A stretch of 64,000 bases of DNA from a virus. The DNA lies in the IMG/VR virus record IMGVR_UViG_3300008262_000040; one strand, written 5' to 3'. Below the pieces are notes generated by a model. The model worked only from the letters and a program-made list of their open reading frames with translations, was not told the DNA's origin and did no database searches. Below are positions 29,401-40,200 of this stretch, one piece after another. The stretch's first letter is position 1. Each line of letters opens with the position of its first letter. A program made the translations under genes and the position numbers.

Positions 29401-31859
29401 AAAACGTATTCGAAGTACAAAATGTTTTTAAATCAGGCACCCCAGTTGATGTTTCTATATCAGACATAGAAAAACCATCAAAACAAAGAACCCTTGATGG
29501 CACTAAATATATATTTAGAGGAGGATTTTCTTTTAGTCCAATATTCTTTAGAGAAGAAAACGAATCGTATAGTTTTAATTATACAAACGATTACGTAACT
29601 ATAACAAGCTCTTACGGAATCAGAGCTGTAATGATCGGATCGTACGAAGCCGCTCACAATGCTGGTTATGCATATACAAACGCAGGTCAATTACCATCAA
29701 CCCAATGGACTCAGGTATTACCAAAAGGATTTTATGATAGACAATCTAGTAAAGATTTTTATACGGTAATACCGCTTGGAGAATTTAGAGAGGGAAACGT
29801 AGATCCTAACGGAGATAGCACTTATGTATTGTATTCTTCAGGTAGAGTTTTACAAAGCGGCGAAAGATTCGCAGAAACATACATTCCCATGCTTCAATGG
29901 AAATATAACGAATCGTTAGCTACTGCCAATAAAGTGCCAAATGGAATTAATTCACCGGGTACTACTATACCCATTAGATATTTAGTTAGCGAAAAATACC
30001 CAAATGATCAAATTATAGGATTTGCTATGGGTAATCCACAAAGGTCAATATCAAATAATACTGGTGTATATAAACTAAATGTGCCCTTATTTGACGTATT
30101 AAACCCGTCTCTTGGAGGATTTAATAATGAAAATCCAAAAACAGCGTGGACAAAACAACAAAATACTGCAGAACCAAATCTTGGAACAAAATATTATTAT
30201 AAAGTTCCAAGATCGGGTACTTACGTACTTAGGGGTGCTGTACCAATTAGAGTAACTAGCATGCTTCGTTCGAACGAACTAGATAAAGCATATAACTATT
30301 TTACTTGGAATCCTAATCAATTAATTAACAACAATAATACCGCTCCGAGTGTAAATCCCAATGTAGCACAGTGGGGTGATGGTTTTGCTGTATTTAAAGT
30401 ATTTGGAGTTGTAGAAAAAACTCTTACACCAGACATAGAAGCCTCTTGGGAATTCGTAACAGCGACCATGATTGATAGTAGTTTTAAAAATAACGTTTTA
30501 ATATCACAATATCCTCCGCTTCCTGCGACAAAAATTTTCTTAACCGATCAAAAATGTTATTCTGCTTATAATTTAATTTGTTTTAAAAATACAATAGACA
30601 TAAATAATTATCGCGGGGTTTTTAATTTTAATATGTCTATCGTAAATCCTGATCCACTCACTTCCGCAACAGATCCGTATAAAGCTAATGTTGTTTTTAA
30701 GAAAGACGAATACGTTAGATTTCAAGTTTATTTTATGGATATGAATAACGTATTAGGAGGAACAAAACAATTTTCTTTAGCTATAAACGAAAATTGGGAG
30801 GGAATAGTAGTAAGAGGCGCTGAATCTTTTTCTAATAGACCTTATTTTGAAATAATCAATAAAGACGCTGTTTATACAGAATATGATTATTCTGTACCTC
30901 TACTAAACGTATCTAGGATATTTAATACGAGTGGAAGCACTCTCACCCTATCAAAATATTTTTCTACAGCAGTACTAACATCAGAATCTATTTTTATACC
31001 AACTGGAGATTCTAAAAACTATTATACTGAAGTTATTGATCCTTTTGATATAAAAAATGGAGACATAATTCGATTTGGAAAATACAAGCTTGCTAATAAA
31101 GATTCGTATTATACTGTATTAAATACATCTTCAAGTATTAACGAATTATCTATGTCTCCTACTCAAACTTATCCATCAACTTTTATAACTGGAAGAACTC
31201 TAGTGGGATCAGCAATATATCAATACATATACTATAATGTAACTTATCCTACGCCTGAGCAAGATTGGGACGCTACTGAAACAACAAGATTATTGCAAGA
31301 CGTATTAGAAGTAGGAGATACCATTACTGTAACGGGCACATTAGCGTCTAATTCAACACTGGGTGCCATAAATACGCCAGTCACCTTTTCAGCTATAACG
31401 ATAGCTGAAACTGGTCCTGGATTTATAACAAAAAATAAATTTGGCGGAGCAAATACAAATAATATAATTTTGGGATCTCCTGTAACTAGCGGTACAACAT
31501 TACAAACCCCAAATAACAGAATATATGTTACTAATCTATTTACAAAAAATCAAGGCACTTCAACTTCTTTTGAAAGCGCGCAAATACAATTAAACAATGC
31601 AAAAATAGTATTTAATAAAAAATATAAAACTACTACAATAACTTTAGATAAACCTTTAAGAAGTACAGACAATGACTTAGATTTTGCTATACTTAGACCT
31701 AAAGACGACGAAACCTCTGTGATATTAGATTATAAAAAACTACCTGGTGAAGTATCTCAAACGCTGTTAATACCATATGATTTAAAAGAAGACGTAAAGA
31801 AGAGTGTTGCTAATATCGCAAGCTCAATTAGCCAACAATTATCAGATATAAATCTATAA
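26460..31859 (+). CDS. Large baseplate/tail protein (1799 aa)
   Basis: LLKTKGS.RAV..LI..YGIP segment; operon context. Confidence 0.6.
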   Translation: MEIVKIYRGSQTVNYQQYDNKDETLIVSSYINSEIDPNVDIIEVTAYGENNEYLDYLATVNTYKQVQGAINPVSGLVNKIQLDPKLDAGILGLDRGRINLQYNFLKPLFNSTNINYYWIKQISPSRKEIKLSSQYISNEAIRGGFADFQAYVAQKNYFVDFYLNFGQNRLAIANNAALVNENNQTYLLVKLYEPLPIELNVKDTVWLCDKIADSVIYTIDTEIEADQTIDENALRGPNRKIKINDRQGQTTPYYNYSSLFSSNLSSSMQQLSSYYDDKAIEINVDYTNFSNFIHFSSATERINNFVYKLELIEGYQQEILDSQTLASMGSQTLTAVSQSNVLIQQKIDNIIKKFDVYEYYLYYSSESFAWPKSTSIKPYALYSITSSQALAWLGDEYTYPSLGAVSMLYSASLYDDTNKDKLSNAIPQYLLEDSNNEPYVAFIDMIGQHFDNLWLYYKDLSNRYSSFNNPKLGISKDLVADALRGFGFNLYTNTSVSDNLYYTLFGMNPDGSLLPPTGSEIITNYVTSSIDTLSPRELDSEVYKRLYHNLSYLLKTKGSQRAVKALIASYGIPDNILTVNEFGGNNIYTGSGIFEINNQKINYFTQSAELSDPVLSPYVTLQRYNTDYRNNVLDVEVGFSPSDEINRNFVSSSGFVSIDQLIGDPLHQYLQYYPDLKTARDDYFASYNYPHSIWEYIRIIKYYNNSLFKTIKDFVPARANASTGIIVKSHILERNKYARTEPSMSFDNNISESIDMISIVGGDPGAIQGNTQYTENIITPLGYASLDYTEDKAKITGRLSGSLIQATTGEVFDQSDYSTTPSGSIEIDYAANYQNILTANRSQRFLELDYAQNQNTPTNYGLVTQSISNSIDNNFNTYNDPYAPYADIQDYNYYTRAFTDFRYYGSRLSSLTYNTYTSASSNYSGDVSYGKTATIDRNSIKFAWVKNIPSESLNFYDKTSISIKYLVDGEANLLELNSRNENVFEVQNVFKSGTPVDVSISDIEKPSKQRTLDGTKYIFRGGFSFSPIFFREENESYSFNYTNDYVTITSSYGIRAVMIGSYEAAHNAGYAYTNAGQLPSTQWTQVLPKGFYDRQSSKDFYTVIPLGEFREGNVDPNGDSTYVLYSSGRVLQSGERFAETYIPMLQWKYNESLATANKVPNGINSPGTTIPIRYLVSEKYPNDQIIGFAMGNPQRSISNNTGVYKLNVPLFDVLNPSLGGFNNENPKTAWTKQQNTAEPNLGTKYYYKVPRSGTYVLRGAVPIRVTSMLRSNELDKAYNYFTWNPNQLINNNNTAPSVNPNVAQWGDGFAVFKVFGVVEKTLTPDIEASWEFVTATMIDSSFKNNVLISQYPPLPATKIFLTDQKCYSAYNLICFKNTIDINNYRGVFNFNMSIVNPDPLTSATDPYKANVVFKKDEYVRFQVYFMDMNNVLGGTKQFSLAINENWEGIVVRGAESFSNRPYFEIINKDAVYTEYDYSVPLLNVSRIFNTSGSTLTLSKYFSTAVLTSESIFIPTGDSKNYYTEVIDPFDIKNGDIIRFGKYKLANKDSYYTVLNTSSSINELSMSPTQTYPSTFITGRTLVGSAIYQYIYYNVTYPTPEQDWDATETTRLLQDVLEVGDTITVTGTLASNSTLGAINTPVTFSAITIAETGPGFITKNKFGGANTNNIILGSPVTSGTTLQTPNNRIYVTNLFTKNQGTSTSFESAQIQLNNAKIVFNKKYKTTTITLDKPLRSTDNDLDFAILRPKDDETSVILDYKKLPGEVSQTLLIPYDLKEDVKKSVANIASSISQQLSDINL

Positions 31860-31863
31860 AAAC

Positions 31864-33918
31864 ATGCAGTATATATACTATAACTCTGGGTCACAGTCTC
31901 TTGCAGTAATATATGAAAATGGAGAATTAACTACACTAGACAGTATTTATACACTCTATGGAATTACAAGTGTAGTAACGTCATCTAATGGACAAATAAA
32001 TATATATAGCGGTAGTGATATAATCGTTTCTTTTCCCATAGCTACGACAGATTTGTTTTTTGGAAGCGTAGAACAGTATGGATCCGGGAAGTATATAGTA
32101 CAATATTCTCAAAGTTTGAATCTAATTGACTCATCGAGTGTATTATTAAATTACGACGTTAGTACAACCTATTTTCCAATATCAAATAGTTATTTACAGA
32201 TTTTTAAGAGTGGATCTACATTCACAATCGATCCCAATAGCGTGGGTAGCTTATCAGTTAGCAATGGAGATACGTATCAAGTATATTTACAGAGAGACAG
32301 CGATTTTCCAGCTGATTTATATCTAAACATAAAAGACACTATTACTGGATTAACTATTTTTGAAGAAGTTTCACAAAATACATACATATCTACTTCTTTA
32401 TATATAGAATACGGAGATTTATTTCCTAAACAATTTACAGCAAATATTAATTCTCTTCCTGCGTTATCTATAACTTTAACCAATATTAGCAGTAGTTCTG
32501 TTATACCTCCAACGGATATTAATGGTTGGAATAGTTATTTAGGCATAACTGCTTCGTTCATTGCTGTATCTGGTAGTAATATATACCTATCTGGATATAC
32601 ACTATCAAATTTATCTGAACTAGAATTAACATCAAGTTTTGTATCGCAATTAAAAACAAATGCTATATCATCTATACAATCATTAATATTAGCTAGTAAT
32701 TCACTAGATAGTGTGGATATATCGCAATATAGTGCATTACAGTATTTTGATTATAGTAATAATAATTTTTCGACTATTATACCGTTAGATAATAATGGTC
32801 TACTAAAACAATATGTATGCGATAATAACAAAATTTCTGGAAGTTTACCTGAATTATATTCTAATACAAATCTAGGTAAGTTTAGTTGTAAAAATAATCA
32901 CTTTACTGGGTCTATTCCTAATTTATCTAATAATATTAATTTACAATACTTTGATTGTAGCTACAATAAAATATCTGGAAGTCTTCCATATTTTGCCACA
33001 AATGGTTTTTTACAAGAATTTTATTGTAACAATAATTTTATTACAGCTAGTACCCAAGGATTCAATAATAACATGTCTTTAACCACAATAAATTGTAGTA
33101 ATAATGCATTTTCTGGTAGTGTTTATTTACAATACGTTCCTAATTTAACCTTTTTCTCAGCATCTAACAATAATTTTTCGGGTAGTATTCAATCTTTATC
33201 AGGATGCCAAAATCTACAAATTTTTAATATTAGCTATAACCAATTAAGTGATTATACTAGCAGTAATATGCCTAGCTCTTTAATCTATTTTAATGCGTAT
33301 CAAAATAACCTATCTGAAGGTTCAATAGAAAATATAATAAAAGATATTTATGAAGCTGGTGCGTTAAACGGTTATTTAAACTTAAGCGGATCAGGAAATG
33401 CAACAGCATCATTAACAACGCTTGAAACAGCAAGTTTATTAGAAATAAATAGAGGATGGCAAGTAGAATTAAATGGAACACCTACTATTGTATCTGCTAG
33501 TTTTTATGATAATCTTTTTGGGTTCCAAATAGTGCCAGGACTTACTGATGGACTTACCGGAAGCTATTATAGTGTTATAGACACCACAATACCATTAACG
33601 TACATATATAAAACCGGTTCTATATCAGAATATAATGCTATATTTAGAGCATCAGAAAATCACAATTATGACGTTGGAATAGGCGGTTGGACTTATACAA
33701 CTGGAAGCGATAGTTTAGATTATACATCATCTCTAGATATAATAGAAATAAGCGCATCCGTAAGCGCTTCTTTATATAGTGCAGTAGGATATAATACCCC
33801 CTTAAGTGCATCATTCTCAAGTTCTGCTTTTAGTACTTATATAATTTCTGGTTCTATAATTTATACGGGAAGTTATTACGAAGAATTATTAAAATATGCA
33901 GAGGCTATCGGAACATAA
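31864..33918 (+). CDS. Leucine-rich-repeat structural protein
   Basis: Tandem 22-23-aa repeats such as LGKFSCKNNHFTGSIPNL and LQYFDCSYNKISGSLP. Confidence 0.8.
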   Translation: MQYIYYNSGSQSLAVIYENGELTTLDSIYTLYGITSVVTSSNGQINIYSGSDIIVSFPIATTDLFFGSVEQYGSGKYIVQYSQSLNLIDSSSVLLNYDVSTTYFPISNSYLQIFKSGSTFTIDPNSVGSLSVSNGDTYQVYLQRDSDFPADLYLNIKDTITGLTIFEEVSQNTYISTSLYIEYGDLFPKQFTANINSLPALSITLTNISSSSVIPPTDINGWNSYLGITASFIAVSGSNIYLSGYTLSNLSELELTSSFVSQLKTNAISSIQSLILASNSLDSVDISQYSALQYFDYSNNNFSTIIPLDNNGLLKQYVCDNNKISGSLPELYSNTNLGKFSCKNNHFTGSIPNLSNNINLQYFDCSYNKISGSLPYFATNGFLQEFYCNNNFITASTQGFNNNMSLTTINCSNNAFSGSVYLQYVPNLTFFSASNNNFSGSIQSLSGCQNLQIFNISYNQLSDYTSSNMPSSLIYFNAYQNNLSEGSIENIIKDIYEAGALNGYLNLSGSGNATASLTTLETASLLEINRGWQVELNGTPTIVSASFYDNLFGFQIVPGLTDGLTGSYYSVIDTTIPLTYIYKTGSISEYNAIFRASENHNYDVGIGGWTYTTGSDSLDYTSSLDIIEISASVSASLYSAVGYNTPLSASFSSSAFSTYIISGSIIYTGSYYEELLKYAEAIGT

Positions 33919-33965
33919 TTAAAACTTAAAACAACTATATTTATAACAGGTAAACAACACAAACT

Positions 33966-34622
33966 ATGTCATATTTAAGTCAAACTTCTGTGGTGGTAGA
34001 CGCCATACTAACAAAAAAAGGTAGGGAGCTCCTATCAAGAAACGACGGATCTTTTAGAATTACACAATTTTCTTTGTCAGACGATGAGATAGATTACACT
34101 CTTTACAATCCAAATCACCCGTCAGGATCAGCTTTCTACGGAGAAGCCATAGAATCGATGCCAATATTACAGGCGTACCCAGACGACAACGAAATAATGA
34201 AGTATAAGCTTGTTACTCTTCCAAGAGGAACTGCTAAATTACCAGTTATCAGTGTAGCTACCTCTAGGATCGAACTCAAACAGGGAGCTTCTCTATCCAT
34301 CACTCCACAGACATTGAACTACCTGTCTGCTGACAACCAATTCGAAGCTTCAGGATACGTGGCTACTATAGGCGATGTAAGAACGATGAGCAGTTTCTTA
34401 GGAGTCGGTATAAATACACCAGAGGCTACGCAGTTGAATACAACAACAACCATTGGTACTAACGTTAGTAAGACTGTTATAGGTACAACAATAAACCTAA
34501 CAGCTACAACAGTTAACACTCTATTCGGTAGTCAAACAACCCTTTACACTACTCTTACCATCACCGGTAGAGATTCAGGAGCCAGATTAGTAATTCCAGT
34601 AAACATCATAAAAACATCGTAA
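33966..34622 (+). CDS. Conserved tail/baseplate structural protein
   Basis: DAILTKKGRELL...F.LSDDEIDY; late motif at 33937. Confidence 0.55.
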   Translation: MSYLSQTSVVVDAILTKKGRELLSRNDGSFRITQFSLSDDEIDYTLYNPNHPSGSAFYGEAIESMPILQAYPDDNEIMKYKLVTLPRGTAKLPVISVATSRIELKQGASLSITPQTLNYLSADNQFEASGYVATIGDVRTMSSFLGVGINTPEATQLNTTTTIGTNVSKTVIGTTINLTATTVNTLFGSQTTLYTTLTITGRDSGARLVIPVNIIKTS

Positions 34623-34635
34623 TAACACATAAGAT

Positions 34636-35667
34636 ATGTCATTCACAAGATTAGAAACAACAGACTTCGTAGTTTCCGCAGAATCGGTAACAGCTCCAGC
34701 ATGGAGTAGTAACATTCCAACGCTTTCTACTTTTTTTACATCATCTGTATCAAGTAGTTATTACCTTGATGTGTATAATACTGGTTCCAATTTAATAAAT
34801 TCATCTATACAATTTTCAATAGCTTACGGAGATATCGTAGGTTCTGGATCTTCACCGATAAACAGCCTTGTCACAGCAAATACGCCAACTAGAATTACTT
34901 ACGGACAATATAGAAACCTTGTTTACGGGGATGCAGAAACTACGTTTAATTTTGGCACAGGTAATACTGTCGCAAGCAGAATAATTGCGATTCCTATAGA
35001 TAGAAATAGATACAAACAAAGCTTAATGCCTGGAACTTTTAATCTTAGACTAGGTTCTGGTTCTGCTGGTGCTTACATATCTTTAACAGACAACTCCCTT
35101 GATAGCACAGTAATAAACTACTTAGACTGCGGTAGAGCGTTTAACATAGTTTCAGGATCTAACGGTACTGCTCAAAACACGCCGTTACCTCTCGGTTCCA
35201 CAACAAAGGGTTACACAGTATCAGGATCTTACGGTCTATTTTTACCTGATATCGGAACAATAATCCTAAATCCAGAAGCTTTGGCTTTACCATTCGCAAG
35301 CGGTGGTTTAAATTTACAAATAAACACAGGAACTACTACCGCAGACAATGGCGTGAACAATCAAAGAGCGTTTAATTTGATAAGATCTGGAAGCTCTTTT
35401 CAATTGCTTTCAGAAGAAACTGTATCTTCCAATTACGTATTCGTTAGAGTTAAGAACGGAGACTACAACTACACGACAAACGGTTCTTTGATCACTGGTT
35501 CAGGAGAATTTGTTTATTCTAATTTCATAAACAATCCGCAAACTTTTCCAACAACTGTAGGTCTGTACAACGACAATAACGATCTTTTGGCAGTAGCAAA
35601 GATGTCTAAACCACTAGTAAAAGATTTCACAAAAGAAGCGCTCATACGAGTAAAACTATCTTGGTAA
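34636..35667 (+). CDS. Tail/baseplate structural protein
   Basis: C-terminal TTVGLYNDNNDLLAVAKMSKP...RVKL. Confidence 0.55.
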   Translation: MSFTRLETTDFVVSAESVTAPAWSSNIPTLSTFFTSSVSSSYYLDVYNTGSNLINSSIQFSIAYGDIVGSGSSPINSLVTANTPTRITYGQYRNLVYGDAETTFNFGTGNTVASRIIAIPIDRNRYKQSLMPGTFNLRLGSGSAGAYISLTDNSLDSTVINYLDCGRAFNIVSGSNGTAQNTPLPLGSTTKGYTVSGSYGLFLPDIGTIILNPEALALPFASGGLNLQINTGTTTADNGVNNQRAFNLIRSGSSFQLLSEETVSSNYVFVRVKNGDYNYTTNGSLITGSGEFVYSNFINNPQTFPTTVGLYNDNNDLLAVAKMSKPLVKDFTKEALIRVKLSW

Positions 35668-35677
35668 TAAATGAAAA

Positions 35678-36358
35678 ATGAGCATATCAAAAAACAGTTT
35701 ATTATCATCAGACGTAACTACGGTACCGATAAAGGTTAAGTATACATCGTCCTATTATTACGATACACTGTCTGATAATGGAATAACTATAAACAAAGGA
35801 ATAAACAATCCTGTGTATAGTTATGAGAAAGTAGAACAGGATACGCTAGTATACAGGTTCGCTAGACACATGTACTATTCGAATTTTCTTACAGGTTCTT
35901 TTCCAGTTTCATCTTCTCAATACGACAACTGGATGCAATCAACCGCGGCATCCGGAACATTAGAGTCAGATCAAAGATATTTTCCAACAGGCGCGCTTGA
36001 AGAAGTCACAGTTATAGCTATACCTAGAACAAGATTTGGAGAGAAAATATCACCAAGGTCTTTTAGATTTGTTAACTCTGGTAGCTATAGTCTTTACGAC
36101 GATGGTAATGGAAACCTTCGAGATTATGGTACAGGAAGCGTTTCTAGGTACATAGACGAGCTTTATTTTGTAGCTCCCGACCAATACTACGAATCTTTGT
36201 TATCTTTTGATGGGACTACACACGTTGGAAACATACTGTACGCTCAAGGAATTATCATAATCACAAACCAAGACTATAAAGATATTATTCCAACATATTT
36301 ATCTACAGAGAACAACGATTTACTTACTACTGAGGACGATAATAATCTTGTTATATAA
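35678..36358 (+). CDS. N-terminal half of a paralogue of 34636..35667
   Basis: VIAIPR..FGEKI.P.SF, DDGNGNL, VGNILYAQGIIII. Confidence 0.5.
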   Translation: MSISKNSLLSSDVTTVPIKVKYTSSYYYDTLSDNGITINKGINNPVYSYEKVEQDTLVYRFARHMYYSNFLTGSFPVSSSQYDNWMQSTAASGTLESDQRYFPTGALEEVTVIAIPRTRFGEKISPRSFRFVNSGSYSLYDDGNGNLRDYGTGSVSRYIDELYFVAPDQYYESLLSFDGTTHVGNILYAQGIIIITNQDYKDIIPTYLSTENNDLLTTEDDNNLVI

Positions 36359-36369
36359 ATTAAAAACTC

Positions 36370-37179
36370 ATGAATAAAAAAATATCTGAACTTGACCCAG
36401 CAGCGTCACTAACTGGAACTGAAGAGTTACCAATTATACAAAGCTCTACTACTGTTAAAACTACTGTTCAAGATATAGCAAATATAGCAATATTGGAAAT
36501 ACCGCCAATAAATACATCCAGTTTACAAGAAGTAACAGACGAAGGTTCTACTACTACAAACACAATTTACACATTTTCACCTGTAGTATCAGATACTAGT
36601 TTTATTGGATTAGAAGTATTTGATAGTGATGTTAATTTTCATAGGATGCGTCCAGCCTCTTTTGTATATGATGGTGAAGAGGGAGATATAACGCTGTCTT
36701 ATGAGTACCCTTTTTTTTCTTATAACCTTACTATACCCGCAACTAATGGTACTTTAGCAACAGTAGAGGGACAAACATTACAACAGGTAACTACAACTGG
36801 CGCAGTTACCAATCAACCAATATATCTAACAGGCAGTGCTAAAGGGGATCTAATTTTAGACGGAGAAGATCCAGTTGGAAATCAACCTGCTGTGCGAATA
36901 AGAAACGCGACGGGAACTGATAATCATATAGTAGTATTAAGCGGAAGTATTTTCAATAACAGCGGACAACAGCTTGAAGTGTATGCACCCGCTGGGTTAG
37001 ATGCCTCGTATACGTTAACTTATCCAAAAGCTAACGGTGTTTTTGCAGTAGTAACTAATTTAGCCGGTTTAGTATTACAGACAAATCAACCCAGCAGCCC
37101 ACTCACAGGGTCTATATATTTTGATAGCTCTAGCGCTCAATTAAAAGTATGGAACGGTGGTTGGGTTTCTATATCATAA
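36370..37179 (+). CDS. Tail fibre protein
   Basis: KKISEL..A..LTG.E.LPI.Q N-terminus; LQ.VT..G..T repeats. Confidence 0.6.
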   Translation: MNKKISELDPAASLTGTEELPIIQSSTTVKTTVQDIANIAILEIPPINTSSLQEVTDEGSTTTNTIYTFSPVVSDTSFIGLEVFDSDVNFHRMRPASFVYDGEEGDITLSYEYPFFSYNLTIPATNGTLATVEGQTLQQVTTTGAVTNQPIYLTGSAKGDLILDGEDPVGNQPAVRIRNATGTDNHIVVLSGSIFNNSGQQLEVYAPAGLDASYTLTYPKANGVFAVVTNLAGLVLQTNQPSSPLTGSIYFDSSSAQLKVWNGGWVSIS

Positions 37180-37241
37180 AACATAATTGCTATCGCTCTT
37201 TTGTTTAGGTTACTCAATATTTATACATAAAAGAACCTAAA

Positions 37242-40200
37242 ATGGGACTAATATACCGTACCTCCTCACTCGCAAACATAGGAGCAAGTTCAATAAAAAA
37301 TGCAGAATTAACTTACGAAGAAGGAGACGGTAATATAGCGTTTCTCTTAACTAACCTTTCTGGAAGTAATGTATCTATACAAGGTAATACCACTATCGAT
37401 GGTCCAATTCAACTAAATGGAAATTTACAGGCAGATGGAATTATATACGCATCTAATTTAACTTCCGCATCTCAAAATTATACTGTAACATACGACACAG
37501 GAAGCGGTAGACTTTATTATACTGCGTCATCAGCTATACTTGGTGCTGCTCCGACTTTGCAGCAGGTGACCGATAAGGGTAAAATAACAACAAACAATAT
37601 AGAGATTTTAGGACAAGCAATTATTGGAAATCAAGGAATAAATTTATATGCTGGAACTAATGGGTTTTCGGGAACTCCAGCGAGAGTCTATATATATGAT
37701 GATACTTTTGGAGACTCGCAAACAATTAGCATCACCAACACAGTGTACTCGAGCTCAGGATATACCTTATCTATTAGTAGACCTCTTTTAGGTAGTTCCT
37801 ACTCACTAACATATCCTACAACGGGAGGTTTCTTTGCTGTATCAGTAAACTCAACAGCCTCTAATGCAGCAGGCAATATTACGATAACAACGGTACCAAC
37901 AGCTAGCTTCGTAACTGCTTCAAACGTATTCGGCCCATACGGTTCTAGCTCTGTATTAAGCTCATCATTTGCCATCTCAGCATCTTGGGCTCCATTCGTA
38001 GCTACAAACACAGGATCCTTACTTGTAACAGCATCTGTAGCTTCCAATACAATTACTTTTACTAAAGGAGATGGAAGTACATTTCCTATAAGTGTTAATA
38101 CAGGATCAGCTGTTACAACTCCAACTGCATCACTGCTAGTAACAGCCTCCGCTACAAACAATACAATTACATTCACCAAAGGTAACGGAGATGTATTCAA
38201 TGTAACAATTGCTACTGGATCTGCTACTCCCACAGGATCGCTATTAACAACAGCTTCAATATCATTAAATACAATAACATTTACAAAGGGGGACGGAAGT
38301 ACATTTCCAATAACTGTCAATACAGGATCAGTAGATCTATCAGGCTATACAACAAATACTACGTTTAATAGTTTTACTTCAAGCTATAAAACAGATAGCT
38401 CGTCGTTTGATCAAAGAATAAATAATATATCCTTTGATACATCATCCTTACCAACACCAGCCATAACAGTAAACGCAGCTACAACAGCAGCGCTACCTGG
38501 AACAGCTCAATACAACAATGGTGTAAGTGGAGTAGGAGCGTTTATATCGTCCTCTGCTAACGTATCTTTTGGTAATATAGATGGTGTTGCATTGGTGCCA
38601 GGAGATAGATTACTCGTAAAGAATCAAGCAGCGCAGCTACAAAACGGTGTTTACGAAATCGTATCAACAGGATCCGCTTCATCTCGTTATATTCTATCGA
38701 GATCCTTAGATTCAGACGAGACATCAGAATTAGATTCTCAAATAGTAATACCATCGTTTGGTAGCACAAACGCAGGCGGTATTTTTGCGCAAAACACAAA
38801 CAATCCAGTAATTGGTACCAACAATATAGTATACGTAAGACAAACAACAACATTAGTAACGCAGAATACAACAGGCACTCAAACGATTTATCAAATACCT
38901 TGGTGGACAGGAACATCAAGAGATTTGAGTAGAGGTTCGAACAATTTTAGATACATAAATGTAACATCAGGTACAACCGTAACTACGAGCAGTTTACAAT
39001 TAACTGGTTCGTTTAATTTATCAGGATCTGCATTTGTAACAGGACTAACATCAGCATCACAAACAAACGTATTAACATACAACAGCTCAACTGGCCAAGT
39101 ATTCTTCACAGCCTCAAGCGCTATTGGAGGTGGTACAACAAACACAGGATCATTCACCGGTTCTTTTATAGGATTGTTAGAAGGAACAGCAAGCTGGGCA
39201 CAAAATGCAGTAAACGCTAATTCAGTACCATTAGTAGCGGGTCCTGGTATAGATGTAAACGGATTAGAAATAACAGCATCTGTTAGATCGGTAAATGCAG
39301 TATTTCCGGTAAACGGTAATATAGCAGTAGCTTTATCACTAACTAAAACAGGCACATCAGCTTCATTAGTAGTAGAACCAACCGCTTCATTAGCAGATGC
39401 AACTATTTGGATAGTATCAGGCGATCCTACACCTGCAAACAACGGAGATACTTACATATATAATTCAGGATCACAACAGTGGTTTCAAATAGCACCACTA
39501 GATCAAGCTGCTGGTGATGCTAGGTATCTAATGTTAACTCCTCAATCACCATTGAATGGTAATCTAGATTTAGGAGGATATGATATAAATAATGTCAATA
39601 GATTATACGGGACAGCGAGTTGGGCAACATCAGCATCTTGGGCACCATCAACTGCAACAGATACTGGCTCACTCTTAATAACAGCATCTGTATCTAGTAA
39701 TACAGTAACCTTTACAAAAGGAAACGGAGATCAATTTAATATAACAATCGATACAGGATCAGCTGTTACAACTCCAACTGCATCACTACTAGTAACAGCC
39801 TCTGTATCATCAAACACAATTACCTTTACAAAAGGCGACACCAGTCAGTTTAGTATAACAGTTGATACTGGATCCGCTGCAGCTGTTGATACAGGATCTC
39901 TCCTAACAACAGCATCAGTTAGCTTAAATACGATAACCTTTACAAAAGGAGATGGTACTCCGTTCAATATAACAGTGGATACAGGATCAGGTGGACCAGG
40001 AACACCAGCACCATCAGACACATTCATTCAATACAATAGTGGAAGCACGTTTGGAGCAGATGCAACATTTAGATTTATATACATTAGCCAGAGTTTACAG
40101 CAGGGTGACGGTGCAACTGCTATTGGGTTATACTCACACGCAGAAGGTAGTAGTACACAAGCGCTAGAGTATGCTTCTCATGCAGAAGGAGTAGGTACCC

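Noticed and set aside
38098-39802. Repeat pair as a DGR template/variable repeat
   Set aside because: Both copies are inside one ORF, differ by only one base, and no reverse transcriptase is in the window
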